64,000 nt of DNA from Vicinamibacterales bacterium (GCA_963821375.1 CAWGDN010000001.1:45589-109588), one strand, 5' to 3'; positions 28,972-40,104 are shown, counted from the stretch's first letter. Notes: generated from the sequence alone by a model not told the origin. Translations and numbers: made by a program.

Positions 28972-28997
28972 GGCGGGTCTTCTCTTTGGACCCGCCC
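28971..28997. terminator. Bidirectional hairpin terminator between convergent aldolase and glnN genes
   Basis: GGGCGGGTC-ttctctttg-GACCCGCCC, a perfect 9-bp stem with a T-rich loop and flank. Confidence 0.6.
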
Positions 28998-29012
28998 TAC
29001 GGGATTGCTCGG

Positions 29013-31186
29013 TTACTTGATGAAGAGCATCTCGCGGTATGTCGCCACCGGCCACTGTCCGTGCGGGACGATGCCCTCGAGCTCGTCTGCGACGTCGCGC
29101 ACGTTGCTCATGGCAGGGATGACGATGTCTCGGAAATGCTTCGCGTGCTTCTCGGCCGATCCGTTGCTCTCGTGGCCGAGCGCCTTCTCTAGCTTGTCCG
29201 CATTCGCCTTCAGCTTGTCGGTGAGCTTCGTCACCCGGTCGAGCAGCTTCTTTCCTTCCACGGTCTTGCTGCCCGCCTGCTTCACCGCCGCCACGCTCTG
29301 CGCGACCTGCTTCTGATACTCGAGCGCGGCCGGCAGGATGTACCGGTTCGCCATCAGCACCATCAGCTGGCCTTCGACGTTGATGGTCTTGTTGTAGGTC
29401 TCGACCATGATGTCGTAGCGGGCGTGCAGCTCGCGCTCGTTGAGCACTTTGTACTTCTCGAATGCGCCGACCACTTCCTTCGTGGTGAGCTGCGGAAGGG
29501 CGTCGACGGTGTTCTTGAGGTTCAGCAGACCACGCTTGGCCGCTTCTTTCTGCCATTCGTCCGAGTAGTTGTTGCCGTTGAAGACAATCCGCTTGTTCTC
29601 ACGGATCACCTTCGGCAGCAGCCCGGCGGCCGCCTTCTCCACGGACTTGCCGCCCTTCATTGCCTTCTCGAGCTCCGTGGCCATGTAGTCGAGCGATTCG
29701 GTCACCGCGACGTTCAGCGCGATGTTCGGGATACGCGATGCTCTGATTCGACGAAACCGCGCGGAACTCGAACTTGTTGCCCGTGAACGCGAACGGGCTG
29801 GTGCGGTTCCGGTCGCCGGCGTCGCGCGGCAGCTTCGGCAACACCATGACGCCGGTGTCGAGCTCGCCACCGTGCTTGGTGTTCTTGGCGCCGCCCTTTT
29901 CGATCTGCTCGAAGATGTCGGTCAGCATGTCGCCGAGGAACACCGAGATGATGGCCGGGGGCGCTTCGTTGGCGCCAAGGCGGTGGTCGTTGCCGGCGCT
30001 GGCGATGCTCGCCCGCAGCAGGCCCTGCCACTTGTTGACCGCCCGCAGAACCGCGGCGCAGAACACCAGGAACTGGATGTTGTCGTGCGGGTTCTTGCCA
30101 GGCGTCAGCAGGTTGTTGCCCAGGCTGTCGCTCATCGACCAGTTCAGGTGCTTGCCCGATCCATTGACGCCCGCGAACGGCTTCTCGTGCAGCAGGCACG
30201 CGAGACCGTACTTCGGCGCCGTCCGCCGCATCGTCTCCATCGTCATCATCTGATGATCGGTGGCGAGGTTGGCGTTCTCGAAGATGGGCGCGATCTCGTA
30301 CTGGCTCGGCGCGACTTCGTTGTGGCGGGTCTTGACCGGCACGCCGATCTTGTAGAGCTCGGTCTCGACGTCCGACATGAAGTCCATGGCGCGCTCGGCA
30401 ATCGCACCGAAGTACTGATCTTCGAGCTCCTGCCCCTTGGGCGGCTTGGCGCCGAACAGCGTGCGGCCGGCGTTGATGAGGTCGGGGCGCGAGAGGTAGA
30501 AGTTCAGGTCGATGAGGAAGTATTCCTGCTCGGGTCCGCAGGTGGTGATCACGCGAGTCGGCCTTCGAGCCGAACAGCTTCAGCACGCGCACCGCCTGCT
30601 TCGACAGCGCCTGCATCGAGCGGAGCAGCGGCGTCTTCTTGTCGAGCGCCTCTCCGGTCCAGCTCACGAACGCCGTCGGAATGACGAGCGTCGCGGCCGA
30701 CGCGGTCTTCAGCAGCCACGGCGGGCTGGTCGGATCCCACGCCGTGTAGCCGCGCGCCTCGAACGTGGAGCGCATGCCGCCCGACGGGAAGCTCGACGCA
30801 TCGGGCTCGCCCTTGATGAGCTCCTTGCCGGAGAACTCGTAGACCGCCTTGCCGTCGGTCACCGGGGCCAGGAACGAGTCGTGCTTCTCGGCTGTGATGC
30901 CGGTGAGCGGCTGGAACCAGTGCGTGTAGTGCGTAGCGCCGTGCTCGATCGCCCAGTCCTTCAGTGCGGAAGCCACGGCGTCGGCCACTGAGGCATCGAG
31001 CGTCTCGCCATTGGCGATCGTCCGCCGCAGCGTGTCGTACGCCTGCTTCGGCAGCCGCTTCTGCTGTTCGGCGTCGTTGAATACCAGACTGCCGAACGCG
31101 CCTTTGCCGTTCGGGGCTTCCCGTCGCTTCCCTTCGGACCAGTCGCGGATCGCGCCGATCGCCTCCCCCAATACCGCTGAACCCAT
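29013..31186 (-). pseudogene. glnN: Glutamine synthetase type III; two apparent frameshifts (~30545 and ~29735)
   Basis: Three overlapping track ORFs stitch to a ~724-aa GSIII. 29714..31186 holds the N-terminus ([17 protein letters not shown]). 29599..30552 holds the core ([62 protein letters not shown]). 29013..29870 holds the C-terminus (RIVFNGNNYSDEW...WPVATYREMLF). Confidence 0.85.
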
Positions 31187-31604
31187 CTGTCGTTCCCTCC
31201 TCAGTTAGTAAGCCGCAGGCGCCGGTCCCCGCTTCAAGGTCGTTTCATGTCGCAGAGCTTACGTGTCCCGCCTCAACGTCCGCCGTGTGTGCTGTCGCCG
31301 TTGATCTCGAAGACGGGCGAGCATTCTAGCAGTCGCCCGGGACGCAAACCATCGTGATATCAAGATTGACGCCAAGCACGCGCGTCGGTCTTCGGCGAGA
31401 ACTTGACGTTTCTGTGAGGAAAATCAGGCAAAGTGGGGAACCCGCCGCACGCGGGATCTGACGATTGGGTAGGAGTCCCGCCGAACGAGGCACGAAAATG
31501 TCTGGTTCCGCCCTCGCGCCGGTCTGTCCTGCGACATTGTCATGCGACCGGCACAAGCCAAACTGACGAAGTTGTCACGTACTTTCGAACCGGCCACAAA
31601 AACG

Positions 31605-32678
31605 TCAGCCCTCGCGATCGCGCTCCCGATTTAGCCTCTTCTGCGCGTGATGAATCTTCTTCCACTGGCGTTTCTGCTCTGCAGCCATCGCCTTGTCTCG
31701 CTTGCGCTCCTGAAACGCGGCCTCCAGCGCGAGCTGCCTGAAGTGGTCCAGGCGGTCGGACGAGAGCGAGCCCTGCTCGATCGCGGCCTGAACGGCGCAG
31801 CCAGGCTCTGAACGATGCTGGCAGTCGGTGAAACGGCAGCCGCCGGCCAGCTCGGCGATGTCTTCGAACGCTTCTGAAACGGCTGACCCGTCCACCCACG
31901 GCTGCAGCTCGCGCATCCCGGGTGTGTCGATCAGCAATGCTCCGCCCGACAGCTCCACGAGATGCCTTGAGGTCGTCGTGTGGCGGCCCTTCCCATCGCC
32001 TTCTCTAATCTCGCCAATCTTCAGCCGCTCTTCGCCCAGCAACCGGTTCACCAGCGTCGACTTGCCGACGCCCGACGAACCGAGGAGGGCTACCGTATGC
32101 GCGGGCCGCAGGTACGCCTCGAGGCTGTCGAGAGCCGTGCCTTGCGCCGCGCTCACACCCAGCACGTCGACGAACGGAAGCCGCGACTGGAGCTCGGAGA
32201 TGACTGCGCCAGGCTCGGCGCTGAGGTCGATCTTGTTGAGAATCACGACCGGCACGGCGCCGGCTTCCCGGACGAGCGCCAAGTAGCGCTCGATGCGGCG
32301 CGGGTTCAGCTCTTCGCCGAAGGCAGTGACCAGAAAGATCGTGTCGACATTGGCCGCCACAACCTGCTCCTCGGTTGCCCGACCCGCGGCCTTTCGCGAG
32401 ACCGTGCTGAGGCGGTCGAGTTTGCGCGCGATGAGCGCGCGCGACGATCCTTCCGTAGCCGTCAGGCATACCCAATCGCCCACCGCTGGAAAGTCGGCTG
32501 ATGTTCGGGCCAAATGGCGATACTTGCCGCTCACTTCGGCCCATCCGTCGAAGTCGCCGGCAACGCGATAGGCGCCGCGTTGCTCTTGCACAATCCTCGC
32601 TACGAGCTGCGGGTCCGCGTCCCCAGCGAGCTGATTGGAGAAGAAGGAGATCCAGCCGAGCCGTTCGCGCGGCGTCAC
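31605..32678 (-). CDS. rsgA: Ribosome small-subunit-dependent GTPase A
   Basis: Circularly permuted GTPase motifs NKIDL, GSSGVGKSTLVN, DTPG and Zn knuckle CRFTDCQHRSEPGCAV. Start uncertain (GTG at 32676-32678 proposed; track start is 32807). Confidence 0.85.
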   Translation of the reverse strand: MTPRERLGWISFFSNQLAGDADPQLVARIVQEQRGAYRVAGDFDGWAEVSGKYRHLARTSADFPAVGDWVCLTATEGSSRALIARKLDRLSTVSRKAAGRATEEQVVAANVDTIFLVTAFGEELNPRRIERYLALVREAGAVPVVILNKIDLSAEPGAVISELQSRLPFVDVLGVSAAQGTALDSLEAYLRPAHTVALLGSSGVGKSTLVNRLLGEERLKIGEIREGDGKGRHTTTSRHLVELSGGALLIDTPGMRELQPWVDGSAVSEAFEDIAELAGGCRFTDCQHRSEPGCAVQAAIEQGSLSSDRLDHFRQLALEAAFQERKRDKAMAAEQKRQWKKIHHAQKRLNRERDREG

Positions 32679-32739
32679 GATGCCATCGTAGCGCGGCTGG
32701 CGCCACACAAGGAATAGCGTTGAGGTATCGTCTGAGCCG

Positions 32740-33838
32740 ATGGTGCGCCCGAAGGTGCTGGTGCTCAACCTCGCAACCGATGCCGACGACCCGGTCCTGG
32801 GTTTCACGACGAGCTGGGTCGACGCACTCGCGCGTCACAGCGCGCACGTCGACGTCATCACGATGCGCGCCGGAAGGCTCGAACTGCCGTCCAACGTCGT
32901 GGTGCACTCTCTTGGAAAGGAACAAGGCTTCTCGGAGCCACGTCGGCTGGTCGAGTTCTACCGCGCACTGGGGCGTGTGCTGTCTGCGCGGCGGATCGAC
33001 ATGTGCTTTGCACACATGGCGCCGTTGTTCGCGGTGCTGGCCTCACCTGTCCTGATGCCTCTCCAGATCCCAATCGTCACCTGGTACGCTCACCCGCGGC
33101 TGACTCAGACCCTGCGGCTGGCACATCGTGTGTCCACTGCAATGGTGACGAGCCTGCCTTCCGCATACCCACACCGGAGTAACAAGCTGCACGTCATCGG
33201 TCAGGGGATCGACACAGAAGCCTTCAAACCTGGCTCCAGCCCGCTCGACAAGCGGCTGATTCTGTGCGTTGGCAGACTGTCTCGAGTGAAGGATCACGCG
33301 ACGCTTCTGCGCGCCGCTTCGATTCTGCAGCGCGAGGCGCCAGGGAGTTTCGACGTGAACGTTGTTGGCGGAGTGGCCCGAACGGAGGACATGGCGTACT
33401 CGAGCGAGCTCATGGCCGAGGCGCAACGCGAGCGTCTGGAGGGCATCGTGAAGTTCATCGGCCCGGTCGCGCGAGCCGAGTTGCCGGCGTGGTACTGCCG
33501 GGCTGCTGTGCACGTGAACCTGACGCCCAAGGGATTCGGCGACAAGGTCGCGCTCGAAGCGATGAGCTGCGCAACTCCTTGCCTCACAGCCAACACAGAA
33601 TCTGCAGACCACGCTCGGCGCCCACGCCGATACACTGCTGTTCGCTCCAGGCGACTCAGACGAGCTCGCAGTAAGGCTGCGCCACGTGCTCACGATGCCG
33701 GAGAGCGCTCGGCTCGCCATGGGCCAGGACCTCCGCGAGCAAGTCGTCGCAGTGCACGGTCTCGACCGGCTAGCCAGGCGGATTCTCGATATCGGCCTCG
33801 CAGACCGAGGCGGCGCCAGCGGCGCCGCCTCCAACTGA
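32740..33838 (+). pseudogene. Glycosyltransferase family 4; one apparent frameshift near 33597
   Basis: The track ORF is plausible up to GFGDKVALEAMSCATPCLTANTE and then Arg-rich. My translation of the next frame gives NLQTTLGAHADTLLFAPGDSDELAVRLRHVLTMPESARLAMGQDLREQVVAVHGLDRLARRIL, ending at TGA 33836-33838. Confidence 0.7.
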
Positions 33839-33845
33839 GCGCGAC

Positions 33846-34310
33846 CTACTTCTTTGCCGGCGGCCGCTGCCGCGACGACCAGTGGATAAGTCTGATGCGC
33901 CAGCCTGTCTTCAGGCGAGTGAGCACCATCGACTCGGCACCCAGGAAGTTGACCGGCTTACTTTGATACGTCCCGGTGACGTCGCTCGTCGACGTGACCC
34001 AGGCGGTGTCGCCAGAGACAACCACGCGAATGGGGCTTCGCGTGGTCGACACCCCCTTCTCGAACTCGATGTCGGCGGGGAGATGGCCTTTCACATACTC
34101 CTCGCGCGTCTCGACTCCACCCGCCTCCAGCATGATCGCGTCGTCTGCAAGCGTTCCCGCCGCAGCTTCGGGTTTGCCTTCTCTGATCGCCGAGTGGAAG
34201 GTGTCCACCACGGCTCGCACTGCGGCCACGTCGGCGTCGCTCGACTGCGCCGACACTGCGCCTCCCGCCACGAGAACGGCAAGCACGACTGCAAGACCAA
34301 AAGATCGCAT
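33846..34310 (-). CDS. Secreted NTF2-fold protein (SnoaL/DUF4440-like)
   Basis: Signal peptide MRSFGLAVVLAVLVAGGAVSAQS. ~130-aa domain with VVDTFHSAIREGK...DAIMLEAGG...WRIRLIHWSS. Confidence 0.6.
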   Translation of the reverse strand: MRSFGLAVVLAVLVAGGAVSAQSSDADVAAVRAVVDTFHSAIREGKPEAAAGTLADDAIMLEAGGVETREEYVKGHLPADIEFEKGVSTTRSPIRVVVSGDTAWVTSTSDVTGTYQSKPVNFLGAESMVLTRLKTGWRIRLIHWSSRQRPPAKK

Positions 34311-34345
34311 CCGTCTCTCTTCTCCTCTCTGCGCTGTTCACTCCA

Positions 34346-35798
34346 TCAAGCCCGCACCACCCACCGGCGCACGCGCTTAAGTCCAACCCATAGCCCGAGG
34401 CCACTCGATGCAACCCCTCCGAGGCTGAGCAGAATCATCCCAATGTCCCACAGCGGTCGACTGTTGTACCAAAACGAAAAGTCGAGACTGTGCAGGCCAT
34501 TGAAGAGCCAGCGCTCCAGCCGGCTTGACCGGTGCACACTGCGAAGGAACCGGCTCGCCACGGGATCGATGTAGACCCACGTGAGATCGGGATCGCCAAA
34601 CTTTACCCGCAAAACAGGCAGCGGGGCCTGCCCGTCACGCGCGTAGTAGTACGAGTCGTAGTTCGTCAGCAGGGTCGTCTCCGTGATCGGAGCGCCATCG
34701 CCTTCCAGCACTTTGAGGCGACTGACGAGCGACTCCACGCTGAACGGCTCTCGCCTCGGCGTCATCGTGTTCGCATGCACGATCGTCTCGTCCGGCGAGG
34801 TAGTCCGCACGATGTAGTACGGCTCGTCCTGAATCCAGACGAATTCGATCTCCTTGATCTCGCGCCCCTGCGCGAGCTTTCCCCACGCCGCAGAATCGGG
34901 AAGCGGAAACGCCGAAAGTTGTGGGGGCCCTCCCGACAGCAGGTCGGAATCCAGTTCGAGACCCTCGCGCCTCGTCCAGTCGAATGGCTCCATCGACATG
35001 AGACCGCTGAACACCCATGTCAGTGTGAAGATCCCGAAGATCACTCCGGTGATGTAGTGCCAGCGCATCCAGCCGGCATACGGAATCGACGCCGACAATC
35101 GGAACGGCCTCGTGCGCCGCCATTGCACGACGGCGAGCACCAGCCCGAGTACTGCCAGCACACAACCCAACTCCGACGAATACACCACCACATTGGTCCA
35201 GAGGCGAGGATTGCTGCGAAGGGGTGTGAAGTACAGCCAGTGCGGAATGGCCCCCATCCAAGCCCAAATCCGATCGCTGCCGCGTCGTCACCAGCGCAAC
35301 TTCCGCGGTTCTCGTGGAGACGTAAACCTCTGTTCCTGCTCCGTCGTCGACGGTGAACTTGTGCGCGGGCAGCTGGCGCGGTGCCGTCAACATCCACTGG
35401 TCCGGACGTTCGACAACGCCAACTGCACGAATAGAAGTCTGAGAGGATCCGACAAAGCGCGCAGCAATCTGGCGCGCCTGCTCCGGACCGACGTTCGCCA
35501 GAGCCTCGCCGGTGTCGGCAAAGACCGTCCGCCCGCCAGAAAAGCGATAGGCGGGCCTGTCCATGATGATGAGAAGCGTGGCGCGAGCGGCCGGTCTCCC
35601 GGCCGCTGCGGTATCCGCAGAAACTCGGACTCGTGCGAGATCAAGGAGAGGAAGGCGGGCCAGCCGAACCTGCGGGTCCAACGCCGGCATCCCGCCCGTG
35701 TAGATCATGACGATGCCCGACAGGAACCACGTGAGGAAGAGGATTCCTATCGCGATCCCCAGATAGCGATGGACGAGAATCAGCCATTTCCGCAGCAT
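34346..35798 (-). pseudogene. PepSY-associated TM-helix protein (PiuB-like); one apparent frameshift near 35265
   Basis: The N-terminus MLRKWLILVHRYLGIAIGILFLTWFLSGIVM is in ORF 34635..35840. It continues as GAIPHWLYFTPLRSNPRLW...WHYITGVIFGIFTLTWVFSGLMS...LHSLDFSFWYNSRPLWDIGMILLSLGG in ORF 34346..35257. Confidence 0.7.
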
Positions 35799-35876
35799 CG
35801 CCAGCACCCCACACCCCGAAGTTGAGGAGGCTACACGCAACCCCCAGGCAAATCACCTGAAGAGTTCCTGAACTTT

Positions 35877-38126
35877 TCAGTTCAGGACATCCAGCAGATG
35901 GCTCACCTTCAAGATGAGGCTGCGATCGGGGCGCAGCAGCTCGGAGTCGTGCAGCCCTTGCGTGTCGTTGTAGACCAGGAAGAGGCCGGCGCTTCCTTTC
36001 TGATACCAGCCGAAGCGCAGGTTCGTGGACCACAAGTTCGCGCGGTCGTTGTACTGGATGAGGCTCTGAACGAACATGCTCGGCGTAAAGGAGTAGGCGA
36101 CGCGCGAGCGGATTAAGTTCGTGACAAAGTCACCTTCCGGCAGGGAGATGTCGTTGCGGGTCCACTCACCATCGACGTTGAAGCGTTCGCCGATGCGGAA
36201 CCGGACCTCCGGACTCAGCTGAATACGGCGCCCACTGAAGAACCCACCGCCTCGGAATTGCATCTGGACGCTCACCGGTGCGCCCTGGTTCGTCATGAAC
36301 ACGAGTTGCGCTTCGCTGTTGTCGTAGGTGCCGGCCGGCACCTGAATACCTGGATAGATCGTGAACGGCAGCTTCAGGCCTTCGCGTGTGACGTTCATGC
36401 CGGTGTGGAACTCGTGGCCCGCCTTCAACTCCCAGTGCTGATCCATGTGGAGGTAGGCGGTCTCGTTGAAGCCGGTGAAATCCCAAAAGGACCGGAAGTT
36501 CACGTGCGGTCGCAGCTCGTGGAATGGACCGAAGCTCTCGGGGCGGTAGCGATGAAAGACGGACGCATTGGCCTTGCGAAAACTGCCGCGGCTGAGGAAT
36601 CCCACCTCGGGATTGAAGTGTTCCGCCACTTCCGTATAGGCACCGCCGAACGTCCACGCTTGCGATGCGTAGTTCGATTCGAGCTGGAACGCGTGATCGC
36701 GGCCCTCCAGACCCGGCGTGTCAGTCTTCGCGAGAAACCCCGACACGCGGCCGTTTTGCCCTATGCCCCACCGTCCATCAACTGCATAGGCCTGATTTTC
36801 ATCCTGCGGGAGCGATCCCGATCCAACGCTGTTTCTGGTGACGAAGATGCCGCCAATCGCCGACCTGTTCGGGAGTTCATGCTGGACGCGCGCCACAGCG
36901 AAGTTGTCACCGGGCACACCAAACACGTCGTCCGTTGCGATGTTGAGGACCCCGACGTTCGTGTTCCCGATGCGGCCGGTCATTCGCGCCCCGGCGATGA
37001 TGGGAATCGTCTGATTGTCCGGGCCGATGCCGATTCGACGGCTGAAGAAGATCTCGGCTTCCTCGGGGCTGCCCACCGCGAAGAGACCGGCGTTCTCCAG
37101 AAAAAACGGCCGTTTTTCGGGAAAGAAGAGGTTGAACCGGTCGAGGTTCACCTGCTGCTCGTCAACTTCGACCTGCGCGAAGTCGGTGTTGTACGTCGCG
37201 TCGAGCGTCAGGCTGGGGGTGATGCCGTATTTCAAGTCGAGCCCGAATTCTCCGATGTTCTCGCTGCCCGCAATGGCGGTGCCGTGTTGCCGGCGCTGCC
37301 CGAGCACGTAGGGCGTGAGCTGCAGCAGCCGCTGACGCGGACTACGCAGATCGCTCAGCTGGCCGGCAAGCGACACCCTGAAGAGGTTGTACTGCCTCGG
37401 AAGGGGCGCCCAGAAGGATGTCTCGTTGCGTCGCCGGATGTTCCGCTGGAAGTTCATCCCCCAGGTCTGCACCTCGTTCGCCGGATACCGCAACGTCCGG
37501 AATGGAATCGCGAACTCCGCGGTCCACCCGATCGAGGAGATCTGCGTCCGCACCTGCCAGTCGGCATCCCAATTGATGTTGAAGCCGCCGCCCGAACCGC
37601 CCTGCTGGCCTCCTCCCGGACCGCTGTCGCCGCCTTCGTTCGTCAGCTGGCCGTCGTATTGGATCGCTGCGGGGTTCGTCCCGAACACGAAGCCGTTCTG
37701 CCGATCGCGATACGTGTCCAGGACCATCAGGAAAGCGTCGGTTTCGTCGAGCGACGAATCGCGCCGGCTGTCGGCGACGATGATCTGATCGGGATTGCGA
37801 TCGTAGGCAACGACGCCGATGTACAACGTGTCGTCGGTGTAAACAACGCGAACTTCGGTCTCTTCCGACGCAGGGGCCCCCTCACTGGGCGTCGTCTGCC
37901 AGAAGCCGCGGATGACGGGCGCGTCCTTCCACGCGGGATCGTCGAGGACTACTCCGTCGAGAATCGGGGTGCCCGCAGCCTGGGCCGCTCGAGCCGTCGT
38001 CGAGCCGGTGGCGGGCGCCACTGCGATCTGCGGAGGCGGCGCGGGGACCATCGGGGAACCCTGATCGGCGCGTACGGCACCGGCGAGGAGACACACCACG
38101 AACAGGGACGCAACGCACTGCCGCAT
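35877..38126 (-). CDS. CBM9-like/DUF5916-type secreted or outer-membrane protein
   Basis: 749-aa intact ORF with signal peptide MRQCVASLFVVCLLAGAVRA. N-terminal DDPAWKDAPVIRGFWQTTPSEG...VVYTDDTLYIGVVAYD...DAFLMVLDTYRDRQNGFVFGTNP; long beta-rich C-terminal part. Confidence 0.7.
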   Translation of the reverse strand: MRQCVASLFVVCLLAGAVRADQGSPMVPAPPPQIAVAPATGSTTARAAQAAGTPILDGVVLDDPAWKDAPVIRGFWQTTPSEGAPASEETEVRVVYTDDTLYIGVVAYDRNPDQIIVADSRRDSSLDETDAFLMVLDTYRDRQNGFVFGTNPAAIQYDGQLTNEGGDSGPGGGQQGGSGGGFNINWDADWQVRTQISSIGWTAEFAIPFRTLRYPANEVQTWGMNFQRNIRRRNETSFWAPLPRQYNLFRVSLAGQLSDLRSPRQRLLQLTPYVLGQRRQHGTAIAGSENIGEFGLDLKYGITPSLTLDATYNTDFAQVEVDEQQVNLDRFNLFFPEKRPFFLENAGLFAVGSPEEAEIFFSRRIGIGPDNQTIPIIAGARMTGRIGNTNVGVLNIATDDVFGVPGDNFAVARVQHELPNRSAIGGIFVTRNSVGSGSLPQDENQAYAVDGRWGIGQNGRVSGFLAKTDTPGLEGRDHAFQLESNYASQAWTFGGAYTEVAEHFNPEVGFLSRGSFRKANASVFHRYRPESFGPFHELRPHVNFRSFWDFTGFNETAYLHMDQHWELKAGHEFHTGMNVTREGLKLPFTIYPGIQVPAGTYDNSEAQLVFMTNQGAPVSVQMQFRGGGFFSGRRIQLSPEVRFRIGERFNVDGEWTRNDISLPEGDFVTNLIRSRVAYSFTPSMFVQSLIQYNDRANLWSTNLRFGWYQKGSAGLFLVYNDTQGLHDSELLRPDRSLILKVSHLLDVLN

Positions 38127-38296
38127 TAGTTGACCTTCAAAAGGATCCAGGAAAAGCGGTTGAATATCTCCGGCCTTCGCGGGAAATCGGGGGAACGCAA
38201 TTATATGCTGGTCCTATACGACGGCCTCGGCTTCCGGGTTTACGCAGCAGTCCGGTGCTTCGAGCGGCCGGGCGCTGGTGTATGCTCTCCCACACT

Positions 38297-39337
38297 ATGA
38301 AGACATTCTCAGCACTTACCGCAACCGCCCTGCTGTCCGCGCTCTGCACGGCCTCGATCGCCGCACAACAGCCGCAGCAACCGACCGAACCCCAACCCTA
38401 TTTCGTGGGCAATGCGCTCGGCATGCCCATCAACCCGGCGGCCGACGGCAAGTTCGCGCCGATGTCGTCCAACGTCAAGGTCTACGGATCGGTCTACCTC
38501 GCCGAGAGCTGCTCGTACGATCCGGTCCGTGATCTGATTGTGGTACCCAATCGTGCGCTGCCGCAGAACGTGCAGACCAACAACGCCTGGGTCTCGTTTT
38601 TCAATCACGACGGATCGGTGCACACCTCGCGGTGGATTGGCATCCAAAACTCCGGGGCGCCCCGTGACACATTGAGACCGCCGCTCGTGCTCAACGAACC
38701 GCTGGGCAGCGACATCATCAACGGCATCCTCTACATGGCGGACCGAGACGGCGGCACATCGCCCACGGATACGGCGGTCTCAGTGGTTCGCAAGTTCGAC
38801 ATGAAGACCGGCGCGCCGGCCGGCGAGGTGCGCGTGCCGCAGTCTACCGGCTTCAACGACCTCGAGGTCGCTGAGGACGGAACCATCTACGCCACGCAGA
38901 CGGGGACCGGCGGCCAGAATCCGGATCCGACCAGTTGGCAGGTGTGGAAGATCACGGCCGATGGCAACGCGTCGATGTTCTTGCAAGGCGCACCGCTTCG
39001 TCAGCCCAACGGCATCGCGTTCGATGAGAAGGGAAACGTCGTCGTTGTCAACATCGGCAACAACGAAGTGCTCACGTTCTCGACATCGGGCCAGCTGCTC
39101 AAGACTGAAACCGCCGTCCAGCCCGGCAACGACGGTCTGGTGATCATGAAGGACGGCACGAAGTATGTCTCGAGCGTGATGCAGGGCGGGGTCTCGCGGA
39201 TCCGCCCGGGTAGTCCGGCCGAGTTGATCGCGCAGAACATCCCGAGCCCCGCGTCGATGTGCTACGACGCGGGCGGCAACCAGCTGGTGATTCCGATGAA
39301 CGCGAACAACGGGCTGGCGTTCATCAAGCTGAATTGA
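38297..39337 (+). CDS. Secreted beta-propeller protein, SMP-30/gluconolactonase/LRE-like
   Basis: Start at MKTFSALTATALLSALCTASIAAQQ (signal). Repeated blade-like segments, including PNGIAFDEKGNVVVVN and NDGLVIMKDGTKYV. Confidence 0.6.
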   Translation: MKTFSALTATALLSALCTASIAAQQPQQPTEPQPYFVGNALGMPINPAADGKFAPMSSNVKVYGSVYLAESCSYDPVRDLIVVPNRALPQNVQTNNAWVSFFNHDGSVHTSRWIGIQNSGAPRDTLRPPLVLNEPLGSDIINGILYMADRDGGTSPTDTAVSVVRKFDMKTGAPAGEVRVPQSTGFNDLEVAEDGTIYATQTGTGGQNPDPTSWQVWKITADGNASMFLQGAPLRQPNGIAFDEKGNVVVVNIGNNEVLTFSTSGQLLKTETAVQPGNDGLVIMKDGTKYVSSVMQGGVSRIRPGSPAELIAQNIPSPASMCYDAGGNQLVIPMNANNGLAFIKLN

Positions 39338-39347
39338 GGGGACAGGC

Positions 39348-40076
39348 ATGAAACGGCATGCGGCGGCGCTTGTTCTTTTCGCGCTTGGACTCGTCGCCGC
39401 GCCTGTCGATGCACAGACCTCGGCGACGGTGCCGGTCTTTCCAGAAGGCCTGCACTACGGACGGCTGTCGCGCGACGGCGAAGCTGCCGTGCGCTATGCG
39501 ATTTCGATCCCGCCGAAATACAACCGCTCGCACCCGGTGCCGCTCGTGCTCGCGCTGCATTTTGGCGGGAACCCGGCTGGAGCGGGCAACGCCGTGATGA
39601 AGGCGCTCATCAGGCCGGCTTTAGAAGGGCTCGGCGCCATCATCGTCGCGCCTGATTCGTCGGATGGTGGTTGGGATACACCGGAAAACGATGCTGCCGT
39701 GAACCTGTTGCTCGAACATGTGATGCAGAGCTATGCCATCGACAAGAAGAAGGTGGTGGTTACCGGCTTCAGCATGGGCGGGCGAGGCGCGTGGTCGTGG
39801 GCAGCCAAATACCCCGACCGCTTCAGCGCCGTCGTGCCGGTGGCCGGACGGCCGCCGGAGTCGCTCGAGGGCTGGCGCGTCCCGGTCATGGCCGTTCACT
39901 CGGTTCATGACACCGTCGTGCCGATCGGACCTACGCAGGAAGCCATTGCGAAGCTCAAATCAGCTGGCCTTCGAGCCGACATCGTCGTGCTCAGCGGTCC
40001 CGGCCATCACGAAACGTATAAGTTCGTCGGCGGGCTGCAGCAAGCCGTTCCATGGCTCCAACAGATCTGGAAATGA
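39348..40076 (+). CDS. Secreted alpha/beta hydrolase (carboxylesterase/PHB-depolymerase-type)
   Basis: Signal MKRHAAALVLFALGLVAAPVDAQ, nucleophile elbow GFSMGG, downstream HSVHDTVVP. Confidence 0.75.
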   Translation: MKRHAAALVLFALGLVAAPVDAQTSATVPVFPEGLHYGRLSRDGEAAVRYAISIPPKYNRSHPVPLVLALHFGGNPAGAGNAVMKALIRPALEGLGAIIVAPDSSDGGWDTPENDAAVNLLLEHVMQSYAIDKKKVVVTGFSMGGRGAWSWAAKYPDRFSAVVPVAGRPPESLEGWRVPVMAVHSVHDTVVPIGPTQEAIAKLKSAGLRADIVVLSGPGHHETYKFVGGLQQAVPWLQQIWK

Positions 40077-40104
40077 ACTCGGTTTTCTTCAGGGAGAGAG
40101 CGAT

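Noticed and set aside
31187-31604. Sigma-54 promoter or glutamine riboswitch upstream of glnN
   Set aside because: The best TGGC-containing site (TGGCTTGTGCCGGTCGCA on the minus strand) does not keep the GG-N10-GC spacing. I could not recognise the glnA-RNA consensus. Only a possible extended -10 (TGCTAGAAT, 31323-31331, minus strand) was seen, which is too weak to annotate.
39733-40104. N-terminal 124 aa of track ORF 39733..41664, which would make a 643-aa protein
   Set aside because: This part overlaps the esterase gene in another frame and is Arg/Ser-rich. A good RBS plus ATG at 40105 gives a canonical signal peptide, so the MBL gene starts at 40105.
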